This document shows positions 39,501 through 48,856 of a DNA stretch of 64,000 nucleotides, one piece after another (position 1 is the first letter of the stretch; each line of letters opens with the position of its first letter). Location of the stretch: the IMG/VR virus record IMGVR_UViG_3300035494_000146; one strand, written 5' to 3'. This DNA comes from a virus. The notes under the pieces were generated by a model, which was given only the letters and a program-made list of their open reading frames with translations, ran no database searches and had not been told where the DNA came from. A program made the translations under genes and the position numbers.

Positions 39501-42500
39501 GCGACGGCACTACCTACGCCAGCCATCGAGATGCCTGACGCGGCGGCAGTCACGCCGGCAGTGGCCGCCATCCTACCTCCCTGTATAACAGCCTGACGTG
39601 CGGCAGTTTGGGCCGCCGCGCGGGAAGCGGTTTGTGTGGCGGCCTTTGCGGCGGCACGCTGGGCCATCTTTTCGGACACTTTGGAGGTGGCGCGCTTAGC
39701 GGCGTTCTTCGCTGCATTACCGCCACGGCGAAGTCCATCACGCATACGGCCACGACGACCTCCGCGCCTACGACCCTCCCGTTCCAAGTCGATGTCTCCC
39801 GCAGTGTCCAGCACCTCCCCTACGGTATCTGCGGCTTGCTTACCAGCCATCGCTGTAGCAACCCAGCCAGCAAACTTGGCAGCGAGCTTGCCAAACCCGT
39901 CGGTAAGACCGCCCAACACCTTGGTCACGAAGAATGTAGAAGCAGTACCCATCAGACCCATGAACTTGTCTGCCACGAAGCCGCCAACACCCATCAATGC
40001 GCCCAGTATTTTGCCGAGAGGCGATTTCTTATCGACATCCTCCGGGCGATTGGGTACCTCGTTCTTTTCAGCGGCGGCGGCCCGAGCCTCCCGACGACGG
40101 CGGAAGATGTCCCGGAAACTGTTGTCACGAACACCGTCGCCGTCGGCATCGCCAGCAACTTTCTCCTCCGGCTCGGACTTCTCACTACCGCCCGGCAGGC
40201 GCTCGTCAAGCAGCTCGTAGATGTCCGTCAGAACTGTCTTGATGCCTTTGACATCCTCCGTGGTGACGAAACCTTTGAAGAAACCACGAATCCCTTCAGC
40301 GCCCGCACCAAGCAAGTCAGCCGCGAAACCAACAGCGCCAGTAACTGCCCGCTTCCCGAATCGATAGACACTGCCGACTTTATCGACCGCCTTACTAACC
40401 ACTGACTTAAAGGGTTCACCGTTCACGTCCACTAGTTGGAAATTCGGATCTGCCAACTCACTGGCGCTGATAACCTCATGCCCCTCCCCCGTCACAACTG
40501 GACCGCCGATATCGTCTACGTCACGGATGACTTTGCCGGTCTTCTTGTCGAAGTAAAACCCCTTCAGCATCAGGTGGCGTTTCAGACGCGGCTCATCCTC
40601 CCCTTTCACGTAAATGTCACCTGACGTGCGGAGACTGTTGAGGACGCCGCCGCCCTGGTCTTTAAGGAACCGAGCTACGTTTTTAGGGATGGAGACAACC
40701 CGATTGGCCGCACTACCAACACCGCCACCGACCATCTCGGACAGCTTGCGCCAACCCTGTTTGGTGTAGTAGGTATACTTACTGGCGTTGCGAAGAACCT
40801 CCTCGGCAGACAGTACAATGTTGCCATCGCGATCATAAATCGCACCCTTGATGTCTTTAAGGGTTTTGATAACCTTCCCGTCCGCATCAAAATACTGACC
40901 CATCTTGAGGATTCGACCAGACAACACGACATTACCCTGATCGTCGTAGATGTCCCGAGTGCCAGTTAAACCACGCCAGGCTGAACCTACAGTGTCAGTC
41001 ACTGTATCCTTAAGTGCACCAATGGCCTTAAACGGACTGCCGATTTTACTCTTAAGCCAGTCTTTTCCTTTACCTAACTTCTCCCTGCCCCAAGTATAAC
41101 CCGACACCACCTTGTCAACGGTTTTGTCCTTGGTACCCCTCAAGTGCTGTCCGAACTTCCCAAAGTAGCCAGGTTTTTCACCTTCTGGTTGTTCGTACGT
41201 ACCGATACCTGAAATAGCCATGTGCTCGATCAGGTCAAGGATAGCATCGACCTGTGGGGAAATGTCGTTGGCCACCAGTTGCGCATGAATACGTTCTACA
41301 ACGCTCTCTAACGCACCACGATCGCTTTGATCATTCCCCTTTGCTAATTCCCCACATGCGGTAGCGATCACCGTATAAAGGTTATTAGGCCGGTCTCTGT
41401 CGTATAACACGTCAGATAGGACACTGTACATGTTCGGGTCGCTATAGTACAGTGCATCGCGGACCCCTGTGTAGATCTCAGCAGTGTAGTCCCGGTCCTC
41501 CTCCGTCTTGGGTTGAGCTACCGACACGACGGTGCTGGCCAGCGGGGTACTGGGCGGACGGTGGGCCAACATGGCGTCCTTGAGCACCATGTACAGGTTG
41601 GGCTCACTCTGGTACAGTGCGTCCTTGACACCTTGGTACACGTCCGCGGTGACGTCGCGGATATTGACTTCGACAGTTGGGTCCAGGATAACCTTGCCGA
41701 CTTCTTCCACCACCTTAGCTACCCGAGCGCGAGCTTCTGGCGATGCCGGGTGAATGTCCGCCACATTACTGTACGAGTCCACCATGGCCTTGTTGAGCGA
41801 CAGATCTTGATCCAGCACGCCGGAGTTAGCCACGGCATTGTGGCCGTACAAACCGGTCATCTCATCGACGGCCGCTTGTACTGGCGTAATCGACTCCCGC
41901 AAGCGCCGCAACTCGTCGGAGATCTCAATGTTGAGCTTCTCCTGATGCGGCTTGTCGTACTCGATCTGACCAAAGTGGGTCATCAGATCCATGACGTCAT
42001 GGTTATAACCTGCGCTACCGTACGCGTCGTAGCTGTTGGCCAAATCGCGAACGTCGAATGACTCCACTTTACGGATCTTCTCATCCAACACCCGGCCCAG
42101 CACTGTACGGTCTTGTGCAGACAGTTCCTTGTCCGGATCGATGATGTCGACCAGCCGATCGATTTCTTGACGTACGTACTCTCGTGTCTCCTGGTCACCT
42201 ACCGTGTCGCGGATACGATTGCGAATCACGTCAGTTGAAACGAACTGCTTGGTAGTATGATCGTATTGCTCATCCACCCCAGTCAGGGCACCGTGGATCT
42301 TGGACAGCCAGCCAGGTAACACTTCGTTCAGGGTCAAGTCACTGCGCCGCGACCACGGCACAGCGCGTTCCAACTCTTCCCCGGTTACGTCAGTGACGCC
42401 CACGGTATCGCCGTCGTACGACGGCATGATATCCTGAAGCAATGCAGCCAGTGACCCCAACCACCCATGCTGCCCCTCGTAGTTGTTGTCCTTGGCGTAC

Positions 42501-43696
42501 GTGTTCAGGATCTCCGGCAAGTTAGTGAGATTATAACGTGCGCGACGACCAAAGCTAGCCAGCGCTTCATTACCCTCACCCTGCTCGCGCAGCTTCTCCT
42601 GAATCTTGCGAATATGTGGCTGGATATATTTCCTGGCAAGCATGCCGCCAGCCATACCAGCGCCGGTTTGTGCTGCCTTAAGTCGTTTCTGGGCAGGTGA
42701 CAAATGTGAATCGTCTTCTGACGAGTCATCCCCCATCATTCCGACCACACCACCCACCATGCTGATGTTGTCCCGCACACCACTGCCGAAATCACTGAGG
42801 GCGCGGCGGGCATTAGTGCCGAGTTGCGACAGGTAGGATCTCGCAAACTCAGCCGGCGACAATGCAGACAGTATCTTCCGCTTCAGCATTGCTTGACCAA
42901 TTTCCAAGAACTCTTCCTTGGCATAGTCAGGCAATGCGGTGTTGCGTACGATTGATTCTGAGGCCGGGACCAGCTTCTCCATACTGGATTTGGTGATGTC
43001 CAGCAGATCCGTCAAGGCGTAGTACTGCCGGTAGTTGATTTCCAGCATCTTCCTGCGGTAGTTGGTGGTGACAGTCTGGTACCCCACCATTGCATCCGTG
43101 TTGGCATGTACGCCGGCCAGCGATTCATGCAGACGGTTTTGCCGCAAGATGTCTGCTGACTCTTTCAGCTCATCCTCGGCCCGCTCTTTCAGTTTTTCCT
43201 TACGGGCCTCCTCTGACTTGACCTGGAAGGTGTCGCTAAGTGCGGCATCAATTGCCGCTTGACGCTCATCGACATGTGCATAGTTGCCAGTGCTGCTGTC
43301 GTCTTTGGTCCATTTTTCTACCCGCTTGGTGAGCGATTCCGGCAGGTACTGTTTGAGCATCGGCAGCGCTTCCCGCCCTGCCTTTTTCAGCTCTATCTTG
43401 GTCTGACGGAGTTGATCCTTCGCCTCCCGATACACCGCGGTGCCTTCGCTGGCGATGTTATCATATGCATCCGCCGCCACCGTGTAATCTTTGGGAAGTG
43501 AGTCCAGGATCAGCTTCCGACGTTTGCCCTCACCAGCAATCGTCGAGGCAGCACTCGTCACCGCCTTGGCGGGGATGGACATGACGGCTTCGCGACCGGA
43601 CGGTGGCGCCATTGACGGGGGCTCGAAGTCCGCATCGAAATCTAACTCATCGTCGAGATCCCAATCGTCGAGCTCCAAATCTTCTTTTTTTGCCAT
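36587..43696 (-). CDS. Tape-measure-like tail protein with lytic transglycosylase domain (phiKZ gp181-like), 2369 aa
   Basis: Very long helical ORF; hydrophobic Ala/Gly segments; SLT motifs AMMESSLNP, AKGLYQF, GAEYL, YLSHFLGPGGA at ~37330-37800; divergent from vRNAP beta' as in phiKZ-like phages. Confidence 0.88.
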   Translation of the reverse strand: MAKKEDLELDDWDLDDELDFDADFEPPSMAPPSGREAVMSIPAKAVTSAASTIAGEGKRRKLILDSLPKDYTVAADAYDNIASEGTAVYREAKDQLRQTKIELKKAGREALPMLKQYLPESLTKRVEKWTKDDSSTGNYAHVDERQAAIDAALSDTFQVKSEEARKEKLKERAEDELKESADILRQNRLHESLAGVHANTDAMVGYQTVTTNYRRKMLEINYRQYYALTDLLDITKSSMEKLVPASESIVRNTALPDYAKEEFLEIGQAMLKRKILSALSPAEFARSYLSQLGTNARRALSDFGSGVRDNISMVGGVVGMMGDDSSEDDSHLSPAQKRLKAAQTGAGMAGGMLARKYIQPHIRKIQEKLREQGEGNEALASFGRRARYNLTNLPEILNTYAKDNNYEGQHGWLGSLAALLQDIMPSYDGDTVGVTDVTGEELERAVPWSRRSDLTLNEVLPGWLSKIHGALTGVDEQYDHTTKQFVSTDVIRNRIRDTVGDQETREYVRQEIDRLVDIIDPDKELSAQDRTVLGRVLDEKIRKVESFDVRDLANSYDAYGSAGYNHDVMDLMTHFGQIEYDKPHQEKLNIEISDELRRLRESITPVQAAVDEMTGLYGHNAVANSGVLDQDLSLNKAMVDSYSNVADIHPASPEARARVAKVVEEVGKVILDPTVEVNIRDVTADVYQGVKDALYQSEPNLYMVLKDAMLAHRPPSTPLASTVVSVAQPKTEEDRDYTAEIYTGVRDALYYSDPNMYSVLSDVLYDRDRPNNLYTVIATACGELAKGNDQSDRGALESVVERIHAQLVANDISPQVDAILDLIEHMAISGIGTYEQPEGEKPGYFGKFGQHLRGTKDKTVDKVVSGYTWGREKLGKGKDWLKSKIGSPFKAIGALKDTVTDTVGSAWRGLTGTRDIYDDQGNVVLSGRILKMGQYFDADGKVIKTLKDIKGAIYDRDGNIVLSAEEVLRNASKYTYYTKQGWRKLSEMVGGGVGSAANRVVSIPKNVARFLKDQGGGVLNSLRTSGDIYVKGEDEPRLKRHLMLKGFYFDKKTGKVIRDVDDIGGPVVTGEGHEVISASELADPNFQLVDVNGEPFKSVVSKAVDKVGSVYRFGKRAVTGAVGFAADLLGAGAEGIRGFFKGFVTTEDVKGIKTVLTDIYELLDERLPGGSEKSEPEEKVAGDADGDGVRDNSFRDIFRRRREARAAAAEKNEVPNRPEDVDKKSPLGKILGALMGVGGFVADKFMGLMGTASTFFVTKVLGGLTDGFGKLAAKFAGWVATAMAGKQAADTVGEVLDTAGDIDLEREGRRRGGRRGRMRDGLRRGGNAAKNAAKRATSKVSEKMAQRAAAKAATQTASRAAAQTAARQAVIQGGRMAATAGVTAAASGISMAGVGSAVASGAAAVGSFLTAPVVLGAIAVGGLGYLAYRIATSEDNGPLDQIRFAQYGLEDYDDAKHDEVAKIRYLEAEVGKYVAYNKDGVASIRGFADETAIQVAAGFGVDVDNAEDLQAYEDWFYGRFCSVYLLWASRLRQLSPSSTMGELEKTVTDAKIRAEMAQRTLLPETHPVFNVMVSPFEPGWFGRDDLLSGTKVRGIHLDLLSDLKKKAEKAKDKVLASAEKDTTVVAIKSPAPTDSGSGSVVTVKKSANPNHDTDNKKSSTASVDEIMLDAASGNFRMGIIELSATEAVRMRAYGLTKLKTSKVLTLMALELDAHEHIVISRGIAKFKGSVEEFAKVHMPEFGSNYDDAEQQTAWRGWFTHRFLPILLKYLSVLNMHAPNARPFDIVESSTTPYLADVAKSLTWARVEIGGENVGVWSVMFNPWNDKDPINTDPKSTQGNIEFLESRKAAAELAEKTIDPNRPTAQVLTAGTNNRPRADSGSGTGPVVTAGSADQQRQQVSSAIDNAWNNRQVGGPGGNSGGPISSSGIPIGDISDPVDPNGAYAKIKLASHSRGDVAKMISEVSKATGMDENLMLTVAMMESSLNPNAGATTSSAKGLYQFLVGKDGKSGTWGEQLRAHANKYGIPSNASAFDPVANALLGAEYLRLGARTVGNLSPSGKATPVDLYLSHFLGPGGARTFLRGLKKHPDKSVLPEWQKQAKANTWVFYAGNRPRSYREVYMELQRRARNAFNSVSQYASVPGQKAIEPPMAPPSSPEAASVASASVSGNVVDTPAPNMGGGAMPSPAADSGLPESSTPEQREAVTVAKAKQDVRQVTAERNQGAVSTIIPSEAPSVGSSIAERTVGAMRKKVGDGPHRVDMERYETAVKDEVMTNTVAPAMNLSEVMASITRQQRAMAEATNGILNEQLLVQREMAATLLSIRDQLLKSSNAPKSPVAPPTVASSQGKVKAEPAVTHQRGVISMAREYF
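41411..41659 (-). repeat. Two diverged 84-nt (28-aa) repeats within the tape measure
   Basis: RDVTADVYQGVKDALYQSEPNLYMVLKD (41576-41659) vs RDYTAEIYTGVRDALYYSDPNMYSVLSD (41411-41494), 18/28 identical. Confidence 0.8.
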
Positions 43697-43718
43697 AACT
43701 ACCTCGGAAAAAATTAAT

Positions 43719-45155
43719 ATGGATTGGTTAACGTTTTATCTGCTCAATGTGGATAAGTCGGTAGTGTCTAAACTCCGGCCAGTGACCACCCTCGACACCT
43801 TCGAAGGTGCCACGAAAAACTTTCATTCAGAAGGTCTCTACTCCACCACCACTTTTGGTCCTGTAGGTAGCGAGCAGCGCGACCTGACATACTCGTACAT
43901 CGATGTTAACATCGACATTATCTCTCCGGCGATTGCCTTGACGCTGTTCGAACTGAAGCGCCTGTATAAAGAGGTGATGAGTGGGAAACGGTACGCGGTG
44001 TGGGACGAAAAAGAAAAGGACTTCCACCCGGCCGCCCCAGGCGACGCGGGGGCGGGGACAGGGTACAGTTTCTTTATCAGTAAATTTCACGACCTCACAC
44101 CGAAGGAAACCGCCAGCAACGACCGTAAGGAGTCGATTAACCTCCTTAACAAATTCCGATCGATCGCACTCGGCCGATACGTATTGGTAATGCCAGCCGG
44201 CTTGCGTGATTTGGAAGTTAAGCCAGACGGACAAGAACAAGAATACGACATCAACCCGTTGTATCGTAAACTGCTCTCTGTCAGTAAAACCATCCCCAAT
44301 GTCGGTAACAAAAACAACCCCCTGCTAGATAACGCCCGGTGGCGTCTGCAGGAAACGTTTTGTGAGATCTATAAGTACTTCTTCGAGTACCTGGATGGTA
44401 AGAAGGGCGGCATTCGTGGCAAGATGACCTCACGACGTATCTTTAACGGTACGAGAAACGTGATCTCCTCCATGGATGCCTCTAGTCCCGTGATGGACCG
44501 GGAAGACGAGATTCGTCCCACCGACACCCTGATGGGGATGTATCAGGGGATGAAGTCGTTGCTACCGGTGGCGATACACGCGGTCCGTACTCGCTACCTG
44601 CCACCAGTCGACGCAGGTAACGGGGCACTATACCTTATCGACCCGAAATCACTAAAACGCGACATGGTGATGGTGTCGCCGGAAGACTACGACCTGTACA
44701 CCACCGACGAGGGGGTGGAGAAGCTCATCACTGACTTCCACCACACAGAAGACAAACATCAACCGTTGAAGGTTGACGGCAGATACATCGCCCTGATCTA
44801 CGATGATGGTAAACAGTTCCGGGTATTTCACGATATTCAGGAATTCCCGGAGACACTTGATCGTTCGAAAGTGAGCGGCATCACGTACGCTGAGTTGCTG
44901 TATTTGAGCGGCTACGATAAGTGGAATGACTATTTCACCATGGTCACCCGCTACCCCGTAACTGGTCAGGGCAGTACGTACTCCTCTACTATAAGATTGA
45001 CCACCACTGCCAGAACCAAGATGAAGTGGGAGCTGGATGCGGACTGGGAAACACGAAAGACAAAACCGGCCATCGATTTCCCAGATCGTACCGTAACTGA
45101 ATTTGTTACCTCTATGGCACCACACCCGAGCAACCTGGTGGAACTCGGTGCTGAT
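43719..45155 (+). CDS. rpoC: Virion RNA polymerase beta' subunit (phiKZ gp180-like), exon 1
   Basis: VLVMPAGLRD, GKKGGIRGKMTSRRIFNGTRNVIS, RYP motifs of beta'; ends ...ELGAD before the intron; start ATG 43719. Confidence 0.9.
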
Positions 45156-45624
45156 TAACTGTATCTGTAAAAGATGCCCTAGTCCCACTGGGGAGTAATT
45201 CCTAGTTGGTAACCTCCTTAATTGCTGGAAGATGCTAAAGTCCAACACACAACAACGTGGTCCGAAAGGGCGAGCGTGATTGTAGCCGAAAGGCGGAAAA
45301 AAGTCAAACGTCTCGCCTTGGAGACGGGTTGGAATGACCTACGCTAACACATAACAAGCGACGGCTGAGAAGTCCTCGCGCTAAGGGTCGATGCAATGCT
45401 TAAATCAGCAGCTGATTCCCTAACGTCTATTGACCACGGGACGAGTTCAACGACTAACCGGTAGCGCGGTGTAGAGCAGCAAGCCAATGGCTGTTCGAAA
45501 TAGGAGGCCCCTCACCGAGGGTGATAAGATAGTCTAGTATCCACCTGTAATGGGTGGGAAGTTCGGGTCGTTGGGAAACGACTGTCGAGAACTGTGTCGG
45601 GGCTGCGTCCGACATGAATGCACG
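45156..45624 (+). ncRNA. Group I self-splicing intron (IA-like, ORF-less, 469 nt) in the vRNAP beta' catalytic motif
   Basis: Exon ends in U (GAT) and intron ends in G; P1 GAU|UA with UAGUC (45180-84) gives a U-G pair at the splice site; P2 hairpin 45187-45206 with GUAA loop; P AATTGCTGGAA 45220-30; Q AATCAGCAGC 45403-12; R GTTCAACGACTA 45445-56; P3 CCTCCT/AGGAGG; P7 GACTA/TAGTC (45530-34); removal restores GADFDGD. Confidence 0.95.
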
Positions 45625-45798
45625 TTCGATGGTGACACTGGATCTGGTGATTCCGTCTACACCGACGAAGCACTGGAAGAAAACCGCAAACAAATGCAAA
45701 AGGCATCGTTCTGGGTGAATGGTGACCGTCTAAAGATTGATGTCAACACCGACTTGATTGAACGTACCATGTTTAACCTGTTGGCTGACCCTGAATAA
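45625..45798 (+). CDS. rpoC: Virion RNA polymerase beta' subunit, exon 2 (FDGD...; spliced product ~536 aa)
   Basis: Begins TTC GAT GGT GAC = FDGD, completing the catalytic ADFDGD motif in frame. Confidence 0.92.
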   Translation, partial: FDGDTGSGDSVYTDEALEENRKQMQKASFWVNGDRLKIDVNTDLIERTMFNLLADPE

Positions 45799-45826
45799 TT
45801 CTTACCGATAGGCAAGGAAGGACAGA

Positions 45827-48800
45827 ATGTTACTTCGCAACTTTAACCGACAGTTTTCAGTGATTCGGGTCGAACAGTTCGGCAATCCACGTATCGCATC
45901 ACTGTCGAAGCTCGAACTACCCAGGGGTAGTATTCTGCACTACATCCCGACCGATGGGGTGTCTGAAATTGGCCCGCCGCAGAATCACCCGATTTTGGAG
46001 AAGGCGGAAAAACTGATTCAGGTTAACCACGTACTGCACCTGGCCGAACATGGCACTGTCGGCCGACCCCGTCGTGTGGAGACCGCCATTGCTCGCGACG
46101 TGATTCAATATCATCGGATCAACAAACGTCTGCGGATGATGCACAATACCAAATTGGTGGAGCGTGACGATCGGGTCATGATGGTGGAGAACTATGCTCC
46201 GTTGCGTCGGGTTTATCGTTACCCCGAAACGTTGATGTCGTGGTATGAGCGCTGGTACAACTTGTTCCTAACTGTGGTTACCCAGCTGGGCCACGACAGC
46301 TCTACTTTCCAACGACAGAACTACCTACTGTTGACCATTCCGACCAAGTTGCCGTCCATTGCTAAGTTGCGTAAGGCGGAGAAGCGACGCGACCTCAACA
46401 CCCTCGACAGTATGCGTGACGATAACGTACTGTTCTTCCTGGAACTATGGACTTGGTTTGGTCCTAACCGTGACCGCGGCATGTTGGGTAAACTCACGGC
46501 AGAGCAACTCAAGCGGATCAACGTGATCGTGTCGTTCAATGATCGATTCATCAACATGAACTTGGGTGAGTTGGATTTCTGGCGTAAAGGCGACACCGGT
46601 GGACGCATTGATCCTATCCAAATGCAGCGGCGTCTGTACAAGTCCATCATCCAACTAGCAACGGAGCAATTACCGGAAGAGGTGAAGTCCACCCAACCGG
46701 TGTCTGTACGTGAGGATGCTGATGGCGAGATCGTCGAGACCGAGCTGCTGGAAGACAGTGGTGAATTCGATCCGCCTGAACTTACTGATGGTGACGATCG
46801 CTCGGTTGAAGAGGAGATTGAAGCGTTTGATGAGCAGGTTGACCTTGACGAAGAGGAAGATTTTGAGATAGTCCAGACTACCGATGAGGTCGAGGTGGAG
46901 GATGTCAAACACACCACTATCACTATTGACAACGGCATCAAGCGAGAAAGCCTGCGTTATATCGAGGCCGGCCAACTGACCACCAAGGAATACCAGCGGA
47001 TGCTGGATCAGTCAGAAAGCTACAAGGCCATCCCTAACCCGTTTGGCGAGGGGACGCTGGCTGATATGCTGGAGGTCACGTCCGAGGAAGTGGCGTTGGA
47101 GGAAGAGTTGTTGCTCGAGGATCCGGTATTGTTGGATCCTGGTCTAGCGAAGAGTACAGTCACGAACCTCAACCGCAAATACATACAGAAAGTGCTGCCG
47201 AAAGACATTTGTAGTTCAATCATGGCTGTGCAGAAAATGGGCATAGTTGTCAATGACTACAAAGCCGAGGAAGTAGTGGACGCTGCCAACGGTCTGGTAT
47301 ACCACACCCTCAAAATCACTCCGGTGAAGGGTGAGTCGTCCACGATCCATTTCCCCACACCACTATTTGATGATGAAGGGTATTGGACAGCGAACGACGT
47401 GCGCTACACCATGAGGAGGCAGCGGGTCGACCTCCCTATTCGAAAGACTGCGCCAGACACCGTCGCACTCACTACATTCTACAATAAGAACTTCATTCGG
47501 CGTAGTGACAAGGTGGTGAATGATTGGCCCAAGTGGCTGACCAACAACATCATCACTGCAGGCATTGATGCCAGTAACCTGAGCGTGAGCGATTTGCGGT
47601 TTGCTAATGTTTTCGACCCTACTGTGGAGTTACCACGCGACTACACTTCCGTATCGCAGCGACTCTCCGGTTTCACCTCACAAGGCATCGTGTTTAACTT
47701 CGATTACAGCACGGTGGATAAAACCTTCGGTGTGGAGAAGGTGGCCGAACTGAAAGAGCAGAAGCTGGTACCTGTCGGTAAATCACGTGGCGCCACTTAC
47801 GTCATGGATCCGTTTAACATGATGTACAAGGAAGACGGCAAAGGCCTGACCGAAGTGGGGACTCTCGCAGAAGTGCTTGGCTTCGATATCAGCAAGGCGC
47901 CGAAAGAACACAGTGAACTGTCGATGATGGGGAAGGCAATTCCAACCGGGCTCGTGATTGCGTACTACTACGGGCTGGAGAGTGCGCTGAAGGAGTTCGG
48001 CGTCGACTATCGTCTGGCGGAAGCAGGTGAGCGTGTCAAGGCCGATGAAGGCGATCTGATAATTCCCTGCAGAGACGGTAAATACGTTATCACCTACGCA
48101 AACCAGGAGCAAGCACTGATCTTCAATGGTCTGCGTCATTACGTCAAGATCACGCGCGACTTCTCCATGGAAGACCTGAACCGTCAAGACGTGTATCTGA
48201 ACCTGATTCAGAAAGACGGGTTGACGGTTAGGTATCTGCTGGAGCTGGATCAGATGGACGCCATGTACGTGGATCCAATCAGTGAACGCATCTTGAAAAA
48301 GATGGGCGAACCGACCACGTTTAGGGGACTTATCCGACGTGCGAACGAAATGTTGACCTATGACCAACATCCGCACGAGACCGATATGGACAGCATGCAT
48401 ATCTACGGACATCAGCGCATTGCTGGGGCAGTGTATGGGCAGTTGGTTAAAGCAATTCGAGACTCCCGCAATAAACCAGGTAGTCGGAAGAAGATCATCT
48501 TACCGCCCAACCAAATCTGGAGCGCGATTGCACAAGACCCGTCGGTAATGCCGGCATCCGACTCCAACCCAATTCAGTCTATCAAAGAAGCTGATGTCGT
48601 GACTTTCGGCGGGACCGGCGGACGCTCTCGCAGATCGATGGTGAAGAGGACGCGGGTGTTCGGTAAGAACAACCTGGGAGTGATCTCCGGCGACAACGTT
48701 GACAGTGGTGACGTTGGCATTACCGAGTACCTGACTAACAACCCCATCTTTGATGATGTTGATGGGTTGATTAAACCGCTGGACCGTGACAACTTGGAGG

Positions 48801-48856
48801 TGAACCAATACCTGTCATTTTCTAACCAGTTAGCACCGGGCATTATGCACGACGAT
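45827..48856 (+). CDS. rpoB: Virion RNA polymerase beta subunit, N-terminal/main piece (phiKZ gp178-like), exon 1
   Basis: RRQRVDLPIRK, NPIQSIKEADVVTFGGTGGRS, GVISGDNVDSGDVG, PGIMHDD beta motifs; AAGGAAGG RBS. Confidence 0.9.

Noticed and set aside
31174-40405. Long antisense or overlapping ORFs (e.g. 31174..32181, 37710..38465, 39608..40405)
   Set aside because: Shadow frames of real genes, with no RBS and no recognisable motifs.
45156-45158. Stop-codon readthrough, frameshift or alternative genetic code to explain the broken RNAP genes
   Set aside because: Complete group I cores with correct U-G and terminal-G splice sites explain both breaks exactly, and all other long ORFs are intact in the standard code.
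45454-45706. Minus-strand ORFs 45454..45699 and 45512..45706, and 48935..49123, as intron-encoded homing endonucleases
   Set aside because: Short, antisense to the intron, and without LAGLIDADG, GIY-YIG or HNH motifs.
45550-45798. ORF 45550..45798 as an independent 82-aa gene
   Set aside because: Its first 25 codons lie in intron P9; the meaningful part starts at FDGD (45625) and is exon 2 of beta'.
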